DNA of 64,000 bases from Candidatus Anstonellales archaeon (GTDB taxonomy: Archaea; Micrarchaeota; Micrarchaeia; Anstonellales; J096). Where the stretch lies: NCBI GenBank assembly GCA_038890615.1, contig JAWAFI010000003.1:1-64000 (forward strand), written 5' to 3'. Below are positions 29,701-39,397 of this stretch, one piece after another. Positions within the stretch are counted from its first letter, which is position 1, and every line of letters starts with the position of its first letter. The notes beneath the pieces are model-generated. The model saw only the letters and a program-made list of their open reading frames with translations, did no database searches and was not told the DNA's origin. Both the position numbers and the translations under genes were made by a program.

Positions 29701-30340
29701 TATGATAATTTAGAATCAAATACGACTCTTTTTTCATATGATTTTTTATTTGCTTGCATATGCTCTCTATGAAACCATCATACTTCCCCCTTTTTATTTC
29801 GTTTACTGTGCCCTCAAGAATTTTAGGGTTAATCTCCAAAAGGAATTGAGCAACCGAATCCTTTATCAATTTTTCTTGTCCCAACATATAATAATCTGAA
29901 AAGAACGAAACCGTACAATCAAAGGCCTTCTGCACACACACTTCCAGCTCATGTATTGCCTCGTCTTTCTTCCCTTCAAACCTTTTGTCATTATATACTG
30001 TCAATCCTACTTTAAGGAGCATAAAAGAATCTTCTAAGAGGCTTTCAATAACCCTTTCAAGGGTAATTTTCATTGCAAACTTATTATCCGTATACTTAGA
30101 TTCCTTTACAAGCTCCTGCACTAATTGGGTAATCTTTTGTCTAAGGAAATCCTTTGCTTCTGAGTTATTTCCACCAAACTTCAAAAGCAATTGCCTAAAT
30201 CCTTCAACTGTAATGTAGCTGTCCAGCTCACTCTTCAATTTCGCTAATAAAGAGTGCTTCTCTTCATCAATCAACCCTTCTCCTTTGAAAAGCGATCTTC
30301 TCTTTTGATTTTGTTCATTTTCTATAATTTTTACACTCAT
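26735..30340 (-). CDS. Large VWA (MIDAS) protein with HEXXH motif and acidic linker (CobT/NorD-like layout)
   Basis: RHEVGH, LNVFEDYKID, SEGEEEDEGGEEFEGGDG linker, LVIDTSGSM, GGTD, FFTD. Confidence 0.85.
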   Translation of the reverse strand: MSVKIIENEQNQKRRSLFKGEGLIDEEKHSLLAKLKSELDSYITVEGFRQLLLKFGGNNSEAKDFLRQKITQLVQELVKESKYTDNKFAMKITLERVIESLLEDSFMLLKVGLTVYNDKRFEGKKDEAIHELEVCVQKAFDCTVSFFSDYYMLGQEKLIKDSVAQFLLEINPKILEGTVNEIKRGKYDGFIESICKQIKNHMKKESYLILNYHKGSFSRAIAGAILAADIIKSNNIKYPPEAVEAQIVKEFNNPALVFFPSITDTKYGLVPYLEFLVMKFFSINEKPSEVKRNLSEALHSIISLEEGIPKRDLEWVVEKLGGLEGLLDSLPMVNRDMVERVKKGEIGASKDEFLNYLFNEMKSNKGLSVFPEVVNSFLYTVPDNDIRDFLDAKGCRVIDLGINTGTSRLPAQKHGLSLFLGTDISYLFPKYQHMLSYTIDLKAPAATNNRNIFIKPFLTFFNTEEMNSLLFFKFMRHEVGHIEEGSFIFDISAEPRVDLFATQKMFNDMFTPERVERLRKLESFINLVIRKATEEVDSKFNLSKRNKKEVIMEDIAKTLMDVMLKTGKEMYGNDIKKWDEDIKSFVFLFPQIGFEYLLNVFEDYKIDAAFTQSDGPDEVIQALGEMPNDSIENFRAAYRMGVYTLLWAAHKERAEDLRKQIEDASKQKLKGDELVKGSKEEGGKIISPAEEDSLTELMALTLLKTKLGPLYPMFFHSNNPETAIFVEELDRLMRYLVPVDSKGVPIKGPGGIEKSMNRALEASMEYLALAVVFRDVKVEIIELYSEGEEEDEGGEEFEGGDGVRRKGRGGSPANKKSPKDGKGERGKEVNKMEKESDEAHEKAPVHPKKTDKRGRSDTEEKEREDAKEQNFKIKEKQKMPYDQLIEKEIVDKYINLLSRIKEGEFTVVPEVGKKGNVNIRKFVESVYSGDIKGLERSFERKLIQTSEKGSELRIRPINIYLVIDTSGSMSDPEREEVAKKHALALIAAQKILSKGKKDTLVKVRLISVASDDTLVDIDATEFTVEKSPSDPSMVRVFYDFESTGGGTDIPGMLRNFQKRMEEIQDEVVAHLWKKELAVAPSILFVFFTDFGDNAGDIKGIIKQLKELRKYAKVYREKTRNVKGPQYQDAGLVAMLVSPTYNLDSSEAKIKEGLSPIIKTYTSPWNEKGAEEIVNGINEALPILMGISKRASNIKEDEEIEE

Positions 30341-30717
30341 TTTACATCATCCCCAAATATTGGAGAAAGACCTCTTTCCGTTATTCCGTATTTGGGCGGA
30401 TTTATTATGCTTGAGAAGACTGGCTCCATAGTTGACCAAGCCTTCTCTGGGTCTTTTTCTGCTTCTTCTATTATATTGTCCATTAAGACAAATATAATGA
30501 AATTCCTGTAAACCTCTTCAGCAGCCAGCTCATTTATACCCTTACCTTTAGTGGATTTTTGGACAAATGAGCAAAGCTTTTTTACAAGAGCCTTGTATGC
30601 AGTTTCGTGCTTTCTTTTATTCTCCTTGGCAAGGGAAACAAACCTCTTCTGAGCTATTTGCTCAAGCTCTGCAGGCATTTCAAGAAGCATGTTCTCAATA
30701 TTTTCGTGGGTTATCAT
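30337..30717 (-). CDS. Hypothetical helical protein in the AAA-VWA operon
   Basis: 126-aa ORF with a 4-nt gap upstream and a 4-nt overlap downstream. Confidence 0.7.
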   Translation of the reverse strand: MITHENIENMLLEMPAELEQIAQKRFVSLAKENKRKHETAYKALVKKLCSFVQKSTKGKGINELAAEEVYRNFIIFVLMDNIIEEAEKDPEKAWSTMEPVFSSIINPPKYGITERGLSPIFGDDVK

Positions 30718-30721
30718 AACG

Positions 30722-33565
30722 TCACCTTTTTGCCTTTGTTGATTGAAGGCTTTTATCGATATATGAGGAAATTATTTCAGCAAGAAGTTGCTTCTCCTCT
30801 TCATTCATCTTTTTAAGTGCTTTTTTCCTTAACTCCTTCTTTTCCTCAGGGTCAATGATCTGACCCTTTAATTCTATTTCAGTGTCAATCATATCAGTTA
30901 TTGAACTTATAGAACTTCTAGTTGCCTTCACAACATCATCAAAATCATTGTTTATTACTTGCAAGCGACCTTTAGGGTCATTTTTATTTATTAGCATTTT
31001 AAGCACAAGAGTAGCCAAATCTTCATCCTGAGTAATGCTCAAAACTACCTCATAGATATAGGCCATGTTCCTTTGGTCTGCATCAATGTTTATTGTAGTA
31101 GCGGCAACCCTTGATAGATCATCTATGAAAATTAATGGTATCACAGACCTGCTAAGGAAATTGTCTAGGATAATAGAAGAAATATTCATTGTACCCATTA
31201 TCCTAACATTTGATATATCCAGGATCTCGCCGTCTATATCAACTGAATTTTGGGTAAGCACTGTGTTGAGCTCCTGGCTAGATTGTACCGAATCTATTTC
31301 ATTTACGAGTATTATAAAAAGCTTTTCTGGATTTCTTGATGCCTCTCTCAATGTAGAAACGAGCTTGCTTTCTTGCATTTTTGCCCTTTTTCCATCTACT
31401 GACTCAGCTTCAACATTTGTTGACTTCAAAGTGACTTCATCGCTGTTAAGATTTGAAAACTTGATTTCCTTATAACTAAGGCCGAGCTCGTTGTTTAACA
31501 CTTTAAGAAGATGCGGAACAGCCTCTGCCATTGTTGTTTTACCCTCTTGTGTACTTCCTATATAAAGGAAAAACCTTTGCCCGCCAATTATTCCGGCAAG
31601 TGTTGACAGCAAATAGTAGTAATAAGGTTCTGAGTAAACCAGTGTATCTCCCTCTTGCTTAAGTAAAATAGTATGCCCTAAACCTTCAACACCCAACATA
31701 CTCTTCAATTCTCCTGCACCTTTTCTTAATTTACTCCTGAGCTCTTCAGAATCAGGAGTTTCGCTCTGCCTTGTATAACTGCCAACATTTAAATGAGTCA
31801 TAAATCTCATCATGCCAAACAACATTGTAGAGAAAGCCCTTTCGTTACCCAAGAATGGAAATTCCTCCTTCGTCACATTTATTGTTGATTCTTTTAATAT
31901 TCTCTGCGCCCTTATATTGACCTTGATAACCTCAGGAAGCTTTGCTGAAATATCCTTTTCTTTTATATAATTTAACATCTGATTTAGGAATATGTAGGAT
32001 GCATATATCCTAAGCATCCCTGCTATTGTTCTTAAACTAGGAAGCATTCTGCTTGAGTAACGCTCAGGATCTGACTCAAATTCCTTGAATAAGTTTTCAT
32101 AGTTTTTTATTATTGCCATTGCGAACTCCTTTAATTTTTGCGACTGCTTTTCAAGCATCTTTTTATTTGCTTCTTTAGGGCTTACTAGCTGGGCTTCAAG
32201 CAACTTGATAAGCTTTTCTACATAGCCAGAAATACCATCCTTTCCTAGGAGGAATTCTTCAAGTTTTTCTGGGGTTAGATAAGTGAACTTTATTGGGTGT
32301 ACCCTTTCCTCTGTTGATGGATGAAGACCAACAGGGTTTCTTTCATCTGAAGACCTGACATTCCCAGTGCCAAAAAGCATCAGCATAGATGGTGCAGGGA
32401 TTAAAAGCCTTACAATCCCTGGTTCTTTTTTTTCATACTTTTCTAAAGCATTCTGGATTTCTAGAACTGCATTTTTCAGATAAGCTTCAGTATTTCTAAT
32501 GTCTTCTGAAGAAGCGAGCCCAAACACCTTTCCAATAAGGGTTCTGTCCTTAAGCAAATTGTTTATACTCGCCATTATTGACTTAAGGTTTAGGTATGTT
32601 TCTTCATTAAGCTTTGAAGGCTCAAAAGAGAAAGAAACAACGTTTTTGTTCAAGAAGAGGTCAAGGAATGTATGGAGCTCTTTTGGCCTTTTGTCAGCGC
32701 TCTGAACATTCCTTGGTATTTCGCTCAGTTCATCAAAAACAAATATGCTTATCTCTCCTTTGAATGCCTTCTCAAGGGTTTTCAAAAATGGTATTTTATA
32801 CTGCTCTTTTATAATTTCGCCGTCGCCAATTTTTACTGGTTTTATCAAATATGAGCTAGTTCCTAATGGTTCAGTTACTTCGCTTTGCGCAGGCACAACG
32901 CATACCTCTATATGAACCCTGTCTTTTTCAGAAGATGGGAATTTCAAATATTCTGGCATTCTTATTAGGTTTCCAAGAAATCTGAAAACCTCTGCTTTAA
33001 GAGCCTTCTTTTCTTCCTCTAGCTCAGTGGCTTGCAAAGGCCTTTCCTTCATATCTGCCTCAATTTCAGAATAATAAGACACTACTCTTTCGAGCATTTT
33101 TGCAACCACACGAGAATCTGAGAACCTTTCTAAGCTTTTCCTAAGGTTCTTTGACCTCATGAACCTATCAAGCATTTCTTTAAGTTCTGGAACATTTTCT
33201 AATGCTTTAAATGCATTTATGCCTTTTTGCACTTCGTAGATATGCGCCAAGCCTTCTAATATTTCCGGCATGGCTGTAAGCAAGGTATGGGTTTTTCCTG
33301 AACCTGGGGGGCCTTCAAGGTAGATCATGCAGGGTTTCCTTTCATTGGAAAGCATCAAACCAATAATCTCATTAGTCATAGAAATAGAAAAATGTGGGTT
33401 TATCCCCCATACCGTAACATAAAGCTCATTAATTTTCAAGAGAGCGTGGCTGAATGCCTTAGATATATCTTCAGCTGATTGCTTATCAAGAAGCTCCTGC
33501 TTTCCAAAATATTTATTTTGCACCACCTTACTAATGGGGCCTCCGTCATCAAATTTGTTTGCCAT
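30722..33565 (-). CDS. Tandem AAA+ ATPase (MoxR/dynein-midasin-related)
   Basis: Module 1: GPPGSGKT, FVFDE, GTGN, LHPSTEER, PSLR. Module 2: GSTQEGKT, ILVNEID, IMGTMN, FLSR. Confidence 0.82.
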   Translation of the reverse strand: MANKFDDGGPISKVVQNKYFGKQELLDKQSAEDISKAFSHALLKINELYVTVWGINPHFSISMTNEIIGLMLSNERKPCMIYLEGPPGSGKTHTLLTAMPEILEGLAHIYEVQKGINAFKALENVPELKEMLDRFMRSKNLRKSLERFSDSRVVAKMLERVVSYYSEIEADMKERPLQATELEEEKKALKAEVFRFLGNLIRMPEYLKFPSSEKDRVHIEVCVVPAQSEVTEPLGTSSYLIKPVKIGDGEIIKEQYKIPFLKTLEKAFKGEISIFVFDELSEIPRNVQSADKRPKELHTFLDLFLNKNVVSFSFEPSKLNEETYLNLKSIMASINNLLKDRTLIGKVFGLASSEDIRNTEAYLKNAVLEIQNALEKYEKKEPGIVRLLIPAPSMLMLFGTGNVRSSDERNPVGLHPSTEERVHPIKFTYLTPEKLEEFLLGKDGISGYVEKLIKLLEAQLVSPKEANKKMLEKQSQKLKEFAMAIIKNYENLFKEFESDPERYSSRMLPSLRTIAGMLRIYASYIFLNQMLNYIKEKDISAKLPEVIKVNIRAQRILKESTINVTKEEFPFLGNERAFSTMLFGMMRFMTHLNVGSYTRQSETPDSEELRSKLRKGAGELKSMLGVEGLGHTILLKQEGDTLVYSEPYYYYLLSTLAGIIGGQRFFLYIGSTQEGKTTMAEAVPHLLKVLNNELGLSYKEIKFSNLNSDEVTLKSTNVEAESVDGKRAKMQESKLVSTLREASRNPEKLFIILVNEIDSVQSSQELNTVLTQNSVDIDGEILDISNVRIMGTMNISSIILDNFLSRSVIPLIFIDDLSRVAATTINIDADQRNMAYIYEVVLSITQDEDLATLVLKMLINKNDPKGRLQVINNDFDDVVKATRSSISSITDMIDTEIELKGQIIDPEEKKELRKKALKKMNEEEKQLLAEIISSYIDKSLQSTKAKR

Positions 33566-33576
33566 TATCTAGCACC

Positions 33577-34125
33577 CTAAACAACTTCTTTGTACACTGC
33601 ACCTACGCTTTCAATTCTTTCAACTTCTTTTAAAGACCCCCTTTCACTTACAATATCAACAGTCATCAAAAACTTCTGAAGGTCGTTTGCTTCCAAGTCA
33701 AGGGACAAAAGGGCTTCTATAACTTCTGCCTGGTTCATTGTAAGGACATCCTTTGTTGAAGTGCTGTTTATGTTTATTTTTGGTATGTTCTCAGGTGCAA
33801 GCATTTCCTTCAGCTTGTTCTGATCAAGCCCGTTCATTCTCGCATAAAAGTATACTGCAAGGCCTCCGGAGTTTGCACCCTCGCTCTTCAACTTTTTCAG
33901 CTCTTCAAATACTTTGGGGAGGAGCATAACTGCTTGCCTAGAAGGGTCTTTCGGGCTTTCGTCAACCGCTTTTTCCAAAACCGTCTTGTAATAGTAGTCC
34001 CAGAGGTGCTTCTCAGCTATAGAAGTAAGTCCGTCAAAAAAGCCGTATTCCCTGGCTTTACTCATGACTGCATCCACTATTACCTTGGCTGTCTCCTCGC
34101 ATTCTGGTTTTGCATCCCCACTCAT
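33577..34125 (-). CDS. Hypothetical protein, first gene of the AAA-VWA operon
   Basis: 182-aa ORF with GGTGA SD; ends 11 nt before the ATPase. Confidence 0.7.
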   Translation of the reverse strand: MSGDAKPECEETAKVIVDAVMSKAREYGFFDGLTSIAEKHLWDYYYKTVLEKAVDESPKDPSRQAVMLLPKVFEELKKLKSEGANSGGLAVYFYARMNGLDQNKLKEMLAPENIPKININSTSTKDVLTMNQAEVIEALLSLDLEANDLQKFLMTVDIVSERGSLKEVERIESVGAVYKEVV

Positions 34126-34210
34126 TCTTTCACCTTATCTTATATATTTTTTGCCCTTTTTAATACTTTCTATTAGCAATTATTAAAAAATATAACGATT
34201 ACTAATTTTT

Positions 34211-36106
34211 ATGAAGAAACAAATTCTTTTTTTGTTTTTGGTGCTTATCTTCTCCGTAAGTGCAAAGGATTTCAACATAGGCAAGGCAGAGGTTAGCTAT
34301 GAAATCGAGAAAAACGGGGTTGTAAAAGTAGAGGAAAGAATAACATATAATCTCCTATGCAGAGAAGGGGAGGTTTTCAAGGAATTGTACATACAAAAAC
34401 CCCCTGAACTCATTATTTCTAACCCAACAGGGTATTGCGAAGGTGCCTCATGCAAATTCAGAGTAGACGAACCTCAAAAGTCAGTATCAGGAGATAGAGA
34501 ACTTATTTTAGCCTTAGACAACAGCAAAAAAGGATCCTGCGGAATAAAAGATGGTAAGGAAACACCAGCAGTCGTAACTGCCGTGTTCAATTATGAAGTG
34601 AAAAAAGCAATTAAGGTATATCCTGACACTTCCCAATTTTTTTATAAAGTATGGGGGGAAGAATGGTCCAAGCAGGCGCCTCTTAAAGTAAAAATAATCA
34701 TGCCTGAAGGAGAAGGAAAGGCCCAATTTTTCATACACAATAATGTTGAGACTGCAGTAAAAGAATATGGGAATAGCATAGTTTTGGAGGCTATGCAACC
34801 GCCAAACACTTTTTTAGAAATAAATTTGCTTATGCCAAAGGAGTGGATTGATGAAAAAAGCCCGGACATAATCTATGACCCTAACTACACGAAAGAAGAC
34901 ATAATAAGAATAGAGGAAGAAAGCAAGAAGAAGGTTGAAGAGGCCGAACAGCTGCTTCAATTAATATTTTTTGCTGATCTTCTGGCCTATGCCATTATTG
35001 CATTTTCTCCGCTTATCCTATGCGCTTATGCTTATTATAAGTATGGAAAGGAGTATTCCCCTGAAGAGGTTGGGTATTCTGCTAATATAGAATACGATCC
35101 CCCTAACCCTAGGACTTCTCCTGCCGAAGCCCACCTAATTGAAAACGGGGGCATAGAGATAGGAAATGCATTTTTAGGCACCATCCTTGACCTTGCAGAC
35201 AAAAACCACATTGGAATAGAAGAAAGGGGAGAAGAAATATATTTAGTAAAAAAAGAAGCAAGCTCTTCAAGCCCTTTAAAGCCCCATGAAGAAAAGGCCA
35301 AGAGAATCATAGATGAAGCGATCCAAGCAACATCAGGAGCAATAAATGAGATAAGCAAAGCTCTTGCCAAAAAAGCGCAAGAATTAGAAGAATGGCAGAG
35401 ATTAGTAAAAGAGAGCGCGAATGTGGAAAACCTGATTGATCTTAAAGGGTATAATTTATTCAAAAGTAAGTATATGCTTTTGCTCTCTCTGCTTGTAATA
35501 TATGCATTCTTGAACATGCCTCTCCTCTTTATCCTTCAGTCAAACTTTGGATACACCTCTGCAATCAATTTGTTTAAGGCAGCGGTCCCGTTCCTTATTA
35601 TCTTTTCATTCATCTATGCTTTCGTAGCAGGCGTATCCCTTTCTTTATTTGCTTATGAGAAGCTGAAAATGATATTAGGGAGATGGACAAAGGAAGGCAG
35701 ATTACTTAACTTAAGGTGGGGCAACTTCAAAAAATACCTTTCTGAATACACTCACATAAAAGAGCATCCTCCAATGAGCATAATTATATGGGATAGGATG
35801 CTGGCATATGCCACTGCCTTTGGGATAGCTGATAGAACAGCCGAAGCAATGCAGCTTTATTTGAAGGAGAACCCGGCAGTAGAAGAAAGGTTTAGGTTAG
35901 AGGCAGAAAGTTATGCAGGGAAAAGCGCGTTTTACAAAATGCTGAAAAAGCCAATGATGGTTAGCAAGCTAAAAGCATTGAGCACAAACTTAAGCAGGGC
36001 GCATGGTGCAAGGAGCATTAGAGTTGGAAAAGGCAGTTATGTTGGTGTAAGGGGTGTAGGAGGGCATGGCGGTGGCTTTGGCGGAGGAGGGGGCGGTGCC
36101 AGATAA
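34211..36106 (+). CDS. DUF2207-family membrane protein
   Basis: Signal peptide, VKVEERITY, SPAEA, WGNFKKYL, WDRMLAYATAFG, C-terminal GGGFGGGGGGAR. Confidence 0.88.
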   Translation: MKKQILFLFLVLIFSVSAKDFNIGKAEVSYEIEKNGVVKVEERITYNLLCREGEVFKELYIQKPPELIISNPTGYCEGASCKFRVDEPQKSVSGDRELILALDNSKKGSCGIKDGKETPAVVTAVFNYEVKKAIKVYPDTSQFFYKVWGEEWSKQAPLKVKIIMPEGEGKAQFFIHNNVETAVKEYGNSIVLEAMQPPNTFLEINLLMPKEWIDEKSPDIIYDPNYTKEDIIRIEEESKKKVEEAEQLLQLIFFADLLAYAIIAFSPLILCAYAYYKYGKEYSPEEVGYSANIEYDPPNPRTSPAEAHLIENGGIEIGNAFLGTILDLADKNHIGIEERGEEIYLVKKEASSSSPLKPHEEKAKRIIDEAIQATSGAINEISKALAKKAQELEEWQRLVKESANVENLIDLKGYNLFKSKYMLLLSLLVIYAFLNMPLLFILQSNFGYTSAINLFKAAVPFLIIFSFIYAFVAGVSLSLFAYEKLKMILGRWTKEGRLLNLRWGNFKKYLSEYTHIKEHPPMSIIIWDRMLAYATAFGIADRTAEAMQLYLKENPAVEERFRLEAESYAGKSAFYKMLKKPMMVSKLKALSTNLSRAHGARSIRVGKGSYVGVRGVGGHGGGFGGGGGGAR

Positions 36107-36150
36107 AACACACCGAAAGTTTAAAGAACCAGCAGAAGCAAAAATAATGC

Positions 36151-36792
36151 ATGCTTCCAAAGACAAATGAAGAGATGGTGGAAGCCCTTGCAGGTGCAGG
36201 GTATATAAAAAGCAAAAGGGTAAAGGAAGCATTCTTGAAAACAGATAGGAAAAAATTCATACCTCAGGACTGTGGGGAATTCTGCTACGCAAACATGCCT
36301 TACCAGACTTTAAGAGGGCAGACGATATCAGCGCCTTCAATAGCTGCTGAGATGGTTGAGATGCTTGAAGTGGAAAGAGGGAATAGGGTGCTTGAGGTAG
36401 GCTCTGGGAGCGGCTACCTTCTATGCATACTTTCCTATCTTTCAGAGCCCGGGCTTTGTATAGGGATTGAGCGGATAAATGAGCTTGTCGAGTTTGGAAG
36501 AAAGAGGCTAAAAGAGGAAGGAAGGGCCAATGCAAAGGTTGAAGAAGGCGATGGCTCAGAAGGGTGGCCTGCAGAGGCCCCTTATGACAAAATAATATTT
36601 TCAGGCGCTATGCCTTCCATTGAATCCTTGGAGACAGCAAAAGAGCAGCTTAAGGAAAAAGGGATAATTGTAGCCCCAGTAGGCGCCGGGGTTCAGAGAT
36701 TAGTAAGATGGAAAAATGGTGCTTGGGAGGAAATAGAGGATGTAATTTTTGTTCCTATAATAGGAAAGAAGGGTTTTAAACTGATAGATTGA
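36151..36792 (+). CDS. pcm: Protein-L-isoaspartate O-methyltransferase
   Basis: GQTISAP, VLEVGSGSGY, GDGSEGWPAEAPYDKI, FVPIIG. Confidence 0.93.
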   Translation: MLPKTNEEMVEALAGAGYIKSKRVKEAFLKTDRKKFIPQDCGEFCYANMPYQTLRGQTISAPSIAAEMVEMLEVERGNRVLEVGSGSGYLLCILSYLSEPGLCIGIERINELVEFGRKRLKEEGRANAKVEEGDGSEGWPAEAPYDKIIFSGAMPSIESLETAKEQLKEKGIIVAPVGAGVQRLVRWKNGAWEEIEDVIFVPIIGKKGFKLID

Positions 36793-36811
36793 TTTAGTAA
36801 AAGGTGGTTTC

Positions 36812-37699
36812 ATGGCAATAGGAACCGGGTATGGGAAATATATACTGTTTGGGGAGCACTTTGTAGTGCATGGCGCCCCAGCTATTGCGCTCCCAACTGC
36901 AAATTGTGTCGAAGTGAATGTAGAAGTAGGGAAAAAAGGCGTTTTCCCAGAAGTTTACGCAAACGAGATAAACCTCATGGCATTTGAAGCGCTAAAAAAG
37001 GCCGTTGAACAAGAGACAGGTGAATCTTTTGAGAGCTTTAGGGTAGAAATAATTTCAGCAACCATACCGATAGGCGCAGGCATGGGCAGCTCAGCAGCTT
37101 TTGCAGTGGCAGTTGCAAGGGGCCTTTTGAAAGAATTGGGCATTGATGACAACCCTATGCTGGTAAACAGGCTTGCCCATGAAATGGAAATGGTTTACCA
37201 TGGAAACCCTTCAGGGATAGATGACACAGTGGCGACATATGCTAAGCCAGTGGTTTTTACAAAGGGTGAAGGCACAAGGTTCATAAGCATGAACTGGAGC
37301 CCTGCAATGATTGCAGTTGACAGCGGATTCCCAAGGAGCACCAAGGCAATGGTACAAAAAGTCGGCGAGCTTAAGCAGAGGGAGCCATCTGTGTTTGAAA
37401 GCTTGATGAACAGCGCAAGGCTAATAACCAAATACGGCGAGCTTTATTTGCAGTCAGCAAATGTAAAAGGGCTTGGGGACCTAATGAACATAAACCAGGG
37501 GCTACTGAATGGGATAGGAGTATCAATACCTGCAATAGAAAAAATATGCTCCCAACTTAGGGAATCAGGCGCAAGCGGCGCAAAGTTATCAGGAGGAGGC
37601 GGAGGGGGTATAGTGCTTGGCCTTTTTGAAAGCAAGCGAGACGCTGAATCTTTTGCCGATTCATTTAGGGAGATATACAGCATAACGAAGCTTTACTAA
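36812..37699 (+). CDS. mvk: Mevalonate kinase
   Basis: GKYILFGEHFVVHG, IPIGAGMGSSAA, HGNPSGID, AKLSGGGGGG. Confidence 0.93.
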   Translation: MAIGTGYGKYILFGEHFVVHGAPAIALPTANCVEVNVEVGKKGVFPEVYANEINLMAFEALKKAVEQETGESFESFRVEIISATIPIGAGMGSSAAFAVAVARGLLKELGIDDNPMLVNRLAHEMEMVYHGNPSGIDDTVATYAKPVVFTKGEGTRFISMNWSPAMIAVDSGFPRSTKAMVQKVGELKQREPSVFESLMNSARLITKYGELYLQSANVKGLGDLMNINQGLLNGIGVSIPAIEKICSQLRESGASGAKLSGGGGGGIVLGLFESKRDAESFADSFREIYSITKLY

Positions 37700-37707
37700 A
37701 AGCGCTT

Positions 37708-38708
37708 CTAAAGCTTGCTTATTGCTTCCTTTACTGCAAACCTTATCGCCAAATGTTCAGTAGTGTCATTAAGCAGAGGCAGAAGTGATTTAACAAAGTT
37801 TTCCTTCCAAAGCTTTGGGGCAGGGTAGCTGTTCCTTGAACTGTCAAAGCAACATGAAGGGCTGCTATGCGGTACTTCAAATCGTTTCTCTTGTCAAGCG
37901 CTATCTTTATGAGCTCATCAGCTATGCTTGACTCCATTTCTGTCTGCTTGAAGCTTGAGAACATGCTCTTGAGGTCTTTGTAATTCTTCTTTTCTGTTTC
38001 ATCACCCTTAACTATTGAATAATAAAGCGCCATTTCCTTTAGCTTTTTATTTATTGCAGACACAATATCACTCATCTTCTCGCCAAATTGTAAAACTTTC
38101 AAGCATTGGTGGCACTTAACACCCATTTCATAAACCTTCTTCAACTCAGTGTTTATGGCAACGACGCTTTCATCTATCACCCTTAGTATTCCCTTCCCGG
38201 CAAGAGCACGCACTTCAGGCACTATAACGGGGCTAGAGAATATAGTAAGCAACAAGTCAAAATTAGAGGTAGTTTCGAGATGGTGTTCAAGCATCTCAAC
38301 CTTTGTCTTGTGAGGTGATGAAACAATGGCCTGAACAAGCCTCTCCAGCTTGTCCTTTGTGGTGCTGCTGCGCTCCATGAAACTTATGAGGCTAGCAGTA
38401 GGCACATCAGCGCCATGCTCCACTAGCTTTATCGCTGCTATTGAAACGTCCAAAAAGTTGGGGTCTGAGAAAATCGGCTCTATGACCTTGCCAACCTTCT
38501 GCTGCCATATTACATCAAGAGAAGAAACAAGCACCATTGAACTGTTAAGCTCTTGATTAAGAAGCTCTGTATCTTTAGGGTATGCATCAATGAGCTGCTT
38601 GATCCTCCATAATTTTTTAGCTACAACAGATTCTGATGAATGGTCAAGCCCTTCCTCCTTGCTTACTCCTTCAGCAGGCTTCCCCCCAACGGTTGTTTTC
38701 ACAACCAT
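37708..38708 (-). CDS. Helical HEAT-like protein, probably frameshifted near its 3' end (track ORF stops at 37743)
   Basis: The -1 frame encodes KLWKENFVKSLLPLLNDTTEHLAIRFAVKEAISKL* ending at 37708, a HEAT-like repeat following LIKIALDKRNDLKYRIAALHVAL. Confidence 0.6.
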
Positions 38709-38763
38709 AATTTTATATCTGAAAGGGTGTTTAAAAGGGTTTCATTTGGCAAAGTTGATTGCA

Positions 38764-39396
38764 TTACGATTCCTGCTTCTCAAGCCTTCTCTTTATCACT
38801 TTTAGGGAAACGAAGCTGTCCCTCTCAAGCTCATCTAATTTGAAGGAAATGTCTCGCTTTGCCTTATCCAAATCAGGTATCATTATGTATTCTAGGGAGT
38901 TGACTCTCCTCTTCGTCTTCTCTATCTCTGCCAGTATCCTCTTTATTGCTGTTTCAGTTGCAGCCACCTCAATGACAAGATCCATGACTTCCTCAAACAG
39001 GTCTGCAGCCTTGTCAACCCTTGCGTTCGTCATTATCACAGAGTAGCCCCTGTGCAAGTAATCCCTCTTGTCCAGCGAGCCCTCGAGTTCCGGGATCTTT
39101 ATGCCCATTATGTTCCTTGTTTTCACCTTAAGCGTGTGGTTCCTCTTTATTGAGGAAAGAAGGTTCTTTATCTCTGTAGGGCTGTAATGCAAGTAAACTG
39201 GCTTAAGAGCAGCATAACCTTCCCTTACCTTTGCATTTAGCTTTTCCCTTATATCCCTTGCCCTTTTTATTATCCTGAAGAACTCCATTATGAGCGCATC
39301 CCTCTTCTTCTTTAGAAGCTGGTGGCCCTTCTTAGCAAGCACTATCCTTTGCTTGATCTTTATTAGCTCCATCCTTGTTGGTTTGTAGTCTGCCAT
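38764..39396 (-). CDS. atpD: A/V-type ATP synthase subunit D
   Basis: KPTRMEL, GHQLLKKKRDAL, NIMGIKIP, IEKTKRRVNSLEY, LDELER. Confidence 0.95.
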   Translation of the reverse strand: MADYKPTRMELIKIKQRIVLAKKGHQLLKKKRDALIMEFFRIIKRARDIREKLNAKVREGYAALKPVYLHYSPTEIKNLLSSIKRNHTLKVKTRNIMGIKIPELEGSLDKRDYLHRGYSVIMTNARVDKAADLFEEVMDLVIEVAATETAIKRILAEIEKTKRRVNSLEYIMIPDLDKAKRDISFKLDELERDSFVSLKVIKRRLEKQES

Positions 39397-39397
39397 A

